From positions 1 through 30,178 of IMG/VR virus record IMGVR_UViG_3300043772_004868: DNA of 30,178 bases; one strand, 5' to 3'. The stretch's first letter is position 1, and each line of letters starts with the position of its first letter. The stretch is from a virus. Lineage: Duplodnaviria > Caudoviricetes. The position numbers were made by a program, and so were the translations under genes. This document shows, in pieces, positions 24,349 to 30,178 of the stretch. The notes beneath the pieces are model-generated. The model was given only the letters and a program-made list of their open reading frames with translations. It was not told the DNA's origin and made no database searches.

Positions 24349-25176
24349 TTAGGTCGGGGTGAAGATCGGCCCGATCCCGTGTTCGGCGAGGGTCTTTCGG
24401 ACCTGCGGCCACGACTTCCCGAGCGCGACCGCGATCGCGTTCGTGGACTTCCCCTCGGCGGCCATCGCGTGGGCGACGAGAAGCTCCTGATCGTTTAGAA
24501 ACGGCCTCCGGGTGTAGGGCGTCCCGCGGGCCGCGAGGGCGCGCGCGAGGCGCGTGTAGTTGATCCCGGTCGCGATCGACGCCTGACGGAGCGTCGCCCC
24601 GGCCATGAGGCGGGCGTCCACGTCGGCGAGTTGCTCCGGCGTGATCGGCGGCACACGGCGGACGGCCTTCGGCGCGACGCCGGAGCGGCCGGAGTAGATC
24701 GCATGGTTGACCGCAGCGGGCTCGACGTTGGCGGCTTTGGCGATGGTTTCGACCGGCGCGCCGAGCGCGTGAAGCTCGATCATCGCCTCGGCCATCGACG
24801 AAAGGATCGGACGGTTCGGCGCCGTCCGGCGGCGATACCGGTCGTCACAGTTGTCCGCCTGCGTTCCGAGTTCGAGGTGATCGGGGTTGACGCAGAGGAC
24901 GGGCGGCTTTCCACCGTCGCACTTGTGCCGGATCACCAGCCCGGTCGGGATCGGCCCGTGAATCGACTCCCATAGGTAACGCCACGCGAGTTGACGTTTC
25001 GGCTCGTCGGGGCCGCGCTTGTGCGCCATCGGCAGCGCGATCGACGAGTTCCCCGTCCCGCCATTGAACGTCCAGCACGGTCCGAGCCCGTCGTATTCGG
25101 GGTGGCCGGTCGGGATCGGCCCGTCCTTGTTGACCTTCGACCAGAACCGTTCCTCCAACGAGCGAGTGGCCGGCAT
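24349..25176 (-). CDS. Free-standing HNH homing endonuclease with C-terminal HTH repeats
   Basis: 275 aa from ATG 25176 (GGAGG RBS); ERFWSKV..GPCW..HGPIP.GLVIRHKCD..CVNPDHLELGTQADN, followed by three HTH-like segments. Confidence 0.88.
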   Translation of the reverse strand: MPATRSLEERFWSKVNKDGPIPTGHPEYDGLGPCWTFNGGTGNSSIALPMAHKRGPDEPKRQLAWRYLWESIHGPIPTGLVIRHKCDGGKPPVLCVNPDHLELGTQADNCDDRYRRRTAPNRPILSSMAEAMIELHALGAPVETIAKAANVEPAAVNHAIYSGRSGVAPKAVRRVPPITPEQLADVDARLMAGATLRQASIATGINYTRLARALAARGTPYTRRPFLNDQELLVAHAMAAEGKSTNAIAVALGKSWPQVRKTLAEHGIGPIFTPT

Positions 25177-25210
25177 ACGAACCTCCGAGAGAGGTTGTAT
25201 ACCGGCCACT
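25165..25210 (-). promoter_or_regulatory. Long hairpin sequestering the HNH RBS and start codon
   Basis: mRNA sense: AGUGGCCGGUAUACAACCUC-UCUCG-GAGGUU(C)GUAUGCCGGCCACU, 20 bp with one G:U pair and one bulge. Confidence 0.85.
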
Positions 25211-25237
25211 GTCGAACGTCGAGCGGTTCGGCGCGGT

Positions 25238-26218
25238 TTAGACCGAGATACCGCCCAAGATGGAAGCTCCCTTGGAGTTTGCCAAAACCAAGGCCAGATC
25301 GACGAACATTTCGAAGGCGTCGTTCTGGCTCGTGGTCTTGGCGAGCGGGAGCACCGACATCGGGGTGAGTTCCTCGATCCAGCAGTACCGGGTGTTCACG
25401 ATCACGAGCGAGGTCGTGGTGCCGCCCGAGAACGCGGTCTGGCTGGAGCCGCTCCACGTCAGGTTGTCGGGCATCGAGGTCGTCGGCACGAGCGGGATGC
25501 CGTCGTAGGTCTTCACGCGGAAGCCGCCGGCGATCTCGGTCATGTTGACGAACTGCTGCTGCGCCTGCAGGGCCGCGTTCAGCTTCCGAAGCCCGGCCTG
25601 CGAGCCGTAGATGCGGAGGTCGGAACGGTTGCCCGCGCCGCGCACCACGTCGATCGCCTCGTCGAGCTTGCTCAGGACGAGCGCGGAGCCCGCCGAGAGC
25701 GTGCTGTTCGCGACGACCTGCCCGGCGACGGCGTTGATCAGGGTCAGCAGGCCGCTGATCTGGTTCGCGCTCGCCGCGTTGTCGCCGATCAGGAGCGCGC
25801 TTTCGAGGAGGTTCGCGAAGTCCTCGGCCTTGTTCACCATCTCGGTCGCGAGCACGTCGCCGTAGGTGCGGCCGGTGGCCTGCAGCTTGCGGGTGACGGT
25901 GCCCTTGGTGAGCAGGGTGCGGTAGGTGAAGGTCGCCTGTGCGTAGGTGCCCGTCTCCTCCGTCCCCGAGTCGGTGTCAGCGACCCAAGCGCCGCCGGTC
26001 GTGCCGGGCGTGCGACGGTTGATCAGCGCGGCCTGTCCGCTGCCCGGCTTGCGGTCGAGCGTGGACTGGACGCCGAGCATCCGAAGCGAAAGCTGCTGGA
26101 CGATCTTGTTGACGTTCGGCTGGAGCAGGACGGAGCCGGCGCCGGACGAGTTGAGGGTGCGCTGAAGGGCGGCGCGACGGCGGGGGTCGAGATCGGCCCA
26201 GATTTGATCGAGGGACAT
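25238..26218 (-). CDS. Major capsid protein (HK97 fold)
   Basis: 326 aa after the protease/scaffold gene, with AGGAG RBS and an unstructured A/C-rich leader. Motifs GAWVAD, LESALLIGD..ISGL, TYDGIPLV. Confidence 0.9.
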   Translation of the reverse strand: MSLDQIWADLDPRRRAALQRTLNSSGAGSVLLQPNVNKIVQQLSLRMLGVQSTLDRKPGSGQAALINRRTPGTTGGAWVADTDSGTEETGTYAQATFTYRTLLTKGTVTRKLQATGRTYGDVLATEMVNKAEDFANLLESALLIGDNAASANQISGLLTLINAVAGQVVANSTLSAGSALVLSKLDEAIDVVRGAGNRSDLRIYGSQAGLRKLNAALQAQQQFVNMTEIAGGFRVKTYDGIPLVPTTSMPDNLTWSGSSQTAFSGGTTTSLVIVNTRYCWIEELTPMSVLPLAKTTSQNDAFEMFVDLALVLANSKGASILGGISV

Positions 26219-26251
26219 GGCAGGCTCCTGAAGTGTGGAAGTTGGTTTGGA

Positions 26252-26743
26252 TCAGGACCACGAGCCGACGTCGGAGTCGGGCTCGCGGATCACGCCCTCG
26301 TCGACGGCGCTGTTGATCAGCGCGTGCAGGTCGGATTCGAGCGCAGCGCGCATCGACACCTGCTCCTCGATGGTGGCGCCGTAGTGCGACACCGACCGAC
26401 GGTCGACGAAGCCCTTGGAGCGGACCACGGCGGCGAGGGCGGGAGCCTGCTCGACCACCTGCTCGGCGACGCCCTCGATCACGGCGCGGTCGAAGGAGCC
26501 GGCGCCAGCGTGGCCCTTGCGGCCGAAGTACCGCTCGGCGGTCCGGGCCTCGGAGGCCGCGAGGCGGGCGCGGAGCGCGGCGACCTCGGTGGCGTTGGGA
26601 TCGGCGACCGGGGAGGCAACCGGGTCGGCGACGCGGGCGCCCGGAGGCGTGGCGACGGCGGTCCGGGCCTCGACGGCGTCGAGACGGGCGGCGATGGGGG
26701 CGAGCGACTCGGTCAGGAGGGCGCGGAGAGCTTCGGGGGTCAT
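26252..26743 (-). CDS. Nested in-frame scaffold protein (internal start)
   Basis: In-frame ATG 26743 preceded by GAGGAACTCAAC; 163 aa MTPEALRALLTESLAPIAARLDAVEAR... (coiled-coil-like). Confidence 0.65.
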   Translation of the reverse strand: MTPEALRALLTESLAPIAARLDAVEARTAVATPPGARVADPVASPVADPNATEVAALRARLAASEARTAERYFGRKGHAGAGSFDRAVIEGVAEQVVEQAPALAAVVRSKGFVDRRSVSHYGATIEEQVSMRAALESDLHALINSAVDEGVIREPDSDVGSWS

Positions 26744-27787
26744 GTTGAGTTCCTCGGTGTTGGTGGAAGGCACGTCGCCGTCCGTGGCACCGGGAGAGGC
26801 TCGCTGGCCTTCGCTTCCCGCGTCGTCATCCGAATCGTGACGCGGCGCGTTCTCGGTGTCAAGGGGTACGGCATTGTTTCGTTCGTCAGCGGGCTCGGCC
26901 GCGACGGGTTCAGGGGTCGGCTCGACCTCGGCGGCGACGACCTTCGGCGCGGCGGCCTTGGCGCGGGCCACCGCGGAGTCGTGCGACGCGGAGATCGCAG
27001 AGCGCATCCCGTCGATCCACGAGTCCCCGTTCGACGGGCGGCGCGTGGCGGCAAGGTGGTCGAGTTCCACGCCCTCGATGATCACGCGCTCCGGAGGGTC
27101 CCACTCGCCGGCGTCGGCGGCGTAGATGTACCGAAGCTCGGTGAACCAGCCTCCGATCGACTGGCCGACCTTCTTCTTGCGGCCGATCATCTTCGCCAGC
27201 CGCTCGGCCATCGGCGCGTCGGCGTCGAGGGCGACCGCGACGCGCAGGGCGAAGCCGGGCTCGGTGGCAGCAGCCGCGTTCTCGACCGCGGACGACACGA
27301 CCTCGCCCTTCGTGACGTAGCCGATCACGGAGTCCCACTCGCCGCCGTTGCCGCTCCACGACGGGTGCGCGGGCAGGTAGCAGACCTCGCCGGACGAGAA
27401 CTGCTCGGCCATGCCGTCGAGCGCGCGCTTCGACATTTCGGTGCCGTAGGTGTCGACGCCGGTCGAGGACGCGACGCCGTACAGCATCATCTCGCCGCCC
27501 TCGCCGGTCGCGGGATCGGTGTCGTCCTCCTCGGCGGCCATGCCCTCGCCGTCGGCCTTCGTCACGATCTTCTGCTCGCCGGGGTTCGTCGGGTCGGTCG
27601 GCCCCTCGCCCTCGTCGTCGATCGTCGGCAGCGGCGCGCGGACCGCGGCCTCGACCCGAGCGTCGGTCAGGAGCGCGGAGAACGCGAACGGGACACGAGC
27701 GCGCACGAGGTAGGTGCGGCGCCCGTCGACGATCTCGGCCGGCTGCGTGAGGTCGGGCGCGGCGACGGATGCGAGGGAAAGCGACAT
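26252..27787 (-). CDS. Prohead protease with C-terminal scaffold region
   Basis: 511 aa from ATG 27787 (AGGAG RBS). HK97-type protease motifs LYGVASSTGVDTYG, H....VIG, GQSIGG, ELDHLAATRRPSN, then an acidic linker and a helical C-terminus. Confidence 0.85.
   Translation of the reverse strand: MSLSLASVAAPDLTQPAEIVDGRRTYLVRARVPFAFSALLTDARVEAAVRAPLPTIDDEGEGPTDPTNPGEQKIVTKADGEGMAAEEDDTDPATGEGGEMMLYGVASSTGVDTYGTEMSKRALDGMAEQFSSGEVCYLPAHPSWSGNGGEWDSVIGYVTKGEVVSSAVENAAAATEPGFALRVAVALDADAPMAERLAKMIGRKKKVGQSIGGWFTELRYIYAADAGEWDPPERVIIEGVELDHLAATRRPSNGDSWIDGMRSAISASHDSAVARAKAAAPKVVAAEVEPTPEPVAAEPADERNNAVPLDTENAPRHDSDDDAGSEGQRASPGATDGDVPSTNTEELNMTPEALRALLTESLAPIAARLDAVEARTAVATPPGARVADPVASPVADPNATEVAALRARLAASEARTAERYFGRKGHAGAGSFDRAVIEGVAEQVVEQAPALAAVVRSKGFVDRRSVSHYGATIEEQVSMRAALESDLHALINSAVDEGVIREPDSDVGSWS
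26834..26862 (-). promoter_or_regulatory. Sigma70-type promoter inside the protease gene
   Basis: TTGACA (26862-26857), 17-nt spacer, CACGAT (26839-26834), with an A-rich patch upstream; about 90 nt before the internal scaffold start. Confidence 0.65.
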
Positions 27788-27898
27788 GGCGACTCCTGAC
27801 CGTTGCCGGTCTGGTGGTTCGCGGGCGCCTCGATGGGCGGTCGTTCCGCTGGTTTCCCGAAGGGTAGCAGCGGAGGCGCTGCGGCGCAAGCCCGGCGG

Positions 27899-30178
27899 CT
27901 ATTCGGCCCCTCCGTCGTCGGCCGCGTCCATTCGGTCGACGAGCTTCGAGGACCAGCCGACCGCGGGGTCGCCGCCCCACAACGCCCACGCCACACGGCC
28001 GGGCGACGGGTATCCGTCCTCGCCCGGCGAGAACCCGGTTCCGTCCTTGTCGACCTCGTGGCGAGCGAGCCACGCCCGCATCTTGCGGGCCTTCGCGGGC
28101 GTGATGTCGTCGCCGTCGCGCAACTTGCGCGCCCAGCGAACCGTCTCAGGCTTCAGCCCGTCGCCGCCCTCGCCGGCCTCGTACCAGTCCACGCCCTTGC
28201 GGCACTCGGCTCGAACGCCGGCCGGCGGCGAGAAGTCGATGTCGGCATACTTGTCCGCCCGCGTGTTCGGCGCGGCGTCGCCGGCCCTGCCGTTGGCGGC
28301 GAGCGACACGGCGGTCCCGGCCGCGACCTCGGCCGCCGTGTGCCAGACGGCCACGCAACGGCACCGGCCCTCGCAAACGCGCTCGCCCGGCCACGACGTC
28401 ACCGACGCAACCGCGACGAACCCCTTGCGCGACTCGTCTAAGCACTCGTCGCACTCGTCACGGCCGCCGGCGTCCACGTTCTCGATGAACCACGACTCGG
28501 CCGGGTCCTCCGGGTTCCGGTTCGGGTCGGCGTTGCGCCGGTTGGCGTCCTCGGTTGCCTGCGCCGACGCCTGCTTCGTGGTCAGGTCGACCACCTTGCC
28601 CGACCAGTTGTCGATCCGATTGGCCTGCGCGCCGAGCACGGCGGCAAGCGCGGCCTCGGCCTCGGCCTTCGTGCTGGCCGGCCCGAGCGCCGCGAGCATG
28701 GCGGCGGCGCTGGTCGGCTTCTTCGAGGCGGTGAGGGCGGACACGAGCGACGCGAGCAGTTCGGCCCCGATGGCGGTTCCGATGGAGGCGAGCAGGTCGT
28801 CGAACAGGGACGACTCGGCCTCGCCCTCGGCGCGGGCGATCGCCGAGCGCGCCGGCATGGCGGCGCCGTCGAGCCGGGCGATTGCGATCTCGGCGAGCGC
28901 GCCCATCGTTTCGAGGAGCCCGCCCTGCGCGGTCAGGTAGCCGACCGCCTTCTCGTGGTACTCCCGCCCGGCCACAGCGGCGGCGGCGAGGTCGGGCGAC
29001 GAGCCCTCCGTCCACGTCGCGGCGGCCGTCCGTCCGGCCTTCGCCGCATCGACGTAGATCGACTCGGTCGACGCGGACCACGTCGACCGCAGCTTGGCGA
29101 GCGCGCCGTCCACCGCCTTGCGGGAGGCATCGGCGTCGTCGCGCGCCTCGCTGCCCGGCTCGTGGTGGCGGGCGACCGCCTCGGCGATCGCAGCGGAGGC
29201 GTCCCGGTAGCGCGGGAGCACCGCGTCCCGGTAGGCTACGATCTGGCGCGCGGCTTCGGGAAGGTCGATCGTCCGCAGCCCCTTGAACCGGCCCTCGGGT
29301 TGCCAGTCGCTCGGCAGGTCGTTCTCCGGGTTCGGCCACGTCCGGACGTCGGGCGCGTGGTCGTGTCGGCAACCGAGCCCGTGGACGTGCGCCTCGGCCC
29401 GGCTCGACCTCTTGCCGGGCGCCGCGGCCTCGCCGTCCTCGCCCGTCTCGCCGTCGGTGTCCTTGACCCCGCCACCGTCGCCCTTCCCCTTGCCGCCCTT
29501 CGGCGGTTCGGGGTCCGGCTCGTCCTCGACGTCGCCCGGCCCACCGTTCCCGCCGCCGGCCTCGCCCGACCCTTCGGCTGGCGGCACCTCGGCCTTGACC
29601 GGCTCCACGACCGCGTCGACCAGCCGCCGGAGCGTGCCGTCGGAGCCGAAGATCATCGGGACGTCGCCCTCGGCGCCGTAGAGCGGCAGGCGCTCGGACG
29701 CGCGCCACTCGTTCAGGGTCATGGCGCCGACCTTGACCGCGCCGAGCTTGGAGTCGCGCTGCTTGGCGGCCTCGTCCGGCTTCAGCTTCTGGTCGAAGTC
29801 GAACTCGAACCGCAGGAGCTTGGCGAACCGCGGCGCTACGACCCTCGGCAGCAGGCGCGCGTTCACCTTGCCCGCGAGCAGTTCGAGGATCGGCCGCAAG
29901 AGGTGCGAGTTCGACATTTCGGCCATCACCTCGCCCACCGCGCGCGGCGTGTTGTCGGTCACGCCGGCCTCGATCGGCATGATCCCGAACGTGCGCCAGA
30001 TCGCACGGCGCGCCTCGTCGACGATCGACTTCATCTCCACGCCGAGGATCGCCCGGCGCAGTTCGAGCCACTTCGCGTCGACCGCCCCGTGCTCGCCGCC
30101 GATCACGCGGAGCTTCCCCTCGCGCCCCTTCATGCGCTGCAGGTCCGACTTCGCCACCTCCAGCGCGTCCCCGGCGAT
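27899..30178 (-). CDS. Portal protein fused to a MuF-like head morphogenesis domain and a C-terminal unknown domain (5' truncated)
   Basis: Frame is open to the window end. HK97-type portal C-half (IWRTFGIMP, LLRPILELL..VN..L, MTLNEWR..ERLP...GD), acidic Gly/Pro linker, MuF-like ECDEC...CEGRCRC, then a domain ending GYPSPGRVAWALWGGD. Confidence 0.85.
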   Translation of the reverse strand: MAGDALEVAKSDLQRMKGREGKLRVIGGEHGAVDAKWLELRRAILGVEMKSIVDEARRAIWRTFGIMPIEAGVTDNTPRAVGEVMAEMSNSHLLRPILELLAGKVNARLLPRVVAPRFAKLLRFEFDFDQKLKPDEAAKQRDSKLGAVKVGAMTLNEWRASERLPLYGAEGDVPMIFGSDGTLRRLVDAVVEPVKAEVPPAEGSGEAGGGNGGPGDVEDEPDPEPPKGGKGKGDGGGVKDTDGETGEDGEAAAPGKRSSRAEAHVHGLGCRHDHAPDVRTWPNPENDLPSDWQPEGRFKGLRTIDLPEAARQIVAYRDAVLPRYRDASAAIAEAVARHHEPGSEARDDADASRKAVDGALAKLRSTWSASTESIYVDAAKAGRTAAATWTEGSSPDLAAAAVAGREYHEKAVGYLTAQGGLLETMGALAEIAIARLDGAAMPARSAIARAEGEAESSLFDDLLASIGTAIGAELLASLVSALTASKKPTSAAAMLAALGPASTKAEAEAALAAVLGAQANRIDNWSGKVVDLTTKQASAQATEDANRRNADPNRNPEDPAESWFIENVDAGGRDECDECLDESRKGFVAVASVTSWPGERVCEGRCRCVAVWHTAAEVAAGTAVSLAANGRAGDAAPNTRADKYADIDFSPPAGVRAECRKGVDWYEAGEGGDGLKPETVRWARKLRDGDDITPAKARKMRAWLARHEVDKDGTGFSPGEDGYPSPGRVAWALWGGDPAVGWSSKLVDRMDAADDGGAE

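Noticed and set aside
25019-27799. 926-aa + strand ORF
   Set aside because: Lies antisense to the capsid and protease genes, with no recognisable motifs or RBS.
6702-27889. Longer upstream starts given by the ORF track (6731, 7929, 11086, 14090, 14860, 16609, 17886, 18449, 20978, 25209, 27889)
   Set aside because: They overlap neighbouring genes or regulatory blocks; the downstream starts have SD sequences, stop/start overlaps or -10 boxes and match domain boundaries.
1-30178. Frequent GTCGAC/TCGA/CGATCG words
   Set aside because: Plausibly explained by GTC/ATC/CTC followed by GAC/GAG codon usage; enrichment cannot be claimed without a Markov-model count.
1-30178. tRNA, rRNA, integrase/att site, lysis genes, tail sheath
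   Set aside because: None recognised in the window, so lifestyle (temperate or lytic) and host cannot be determined here.

Overview
High-GC (roughly 70% by eye) tailed-phage or prophage segment with a siphovirus-type morphogenesis module on the minus strand. Right to left: portal fused to a MuF-like domain (5' end outside the window), prohead protease with nested scaffold, HK97-fold major capsid, free-standing HNH endonuclease, head-tail adaptor, head closure, HK97-gp10-like neck protein, tail terminator, two zinc-ribbon genes, tail tube, tail chaperone with a -1 frameshift signal, and the start of the tape measure. Two things stand out. (1) The normally compact neck-gene block is spread over about 20 kb by 13 glycan synthesis and modification enzymes: RmlA, RmlB, RmlD-like, three GT2 genes (one with three GT-A domains plus TPR), a TagF-like transferase, three SAM methyltransferases, a B12 radical SAM enzyme, an SGNH hydrolase and an alkaline-phosphatase-superfamily enzyme. 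This suggests a self-contained virion glycosylation system. (2) Five antisense (+ strand) cassettes of small unrelated ORFs are interspersed through the module. Each sits behind a conserved ~105-bp block: T-tract, 17-bp palindrome TAACCG-N5-CGGTTA overlapping a -10 box, hairpin at the predicted +1, then GAGAACAAGATG. Many minus-strand genes also have their own -10-like box, often 6 nt before the ATG (leaderless). All protein calls come from motif recognition and synteny by eye; no database search was run.
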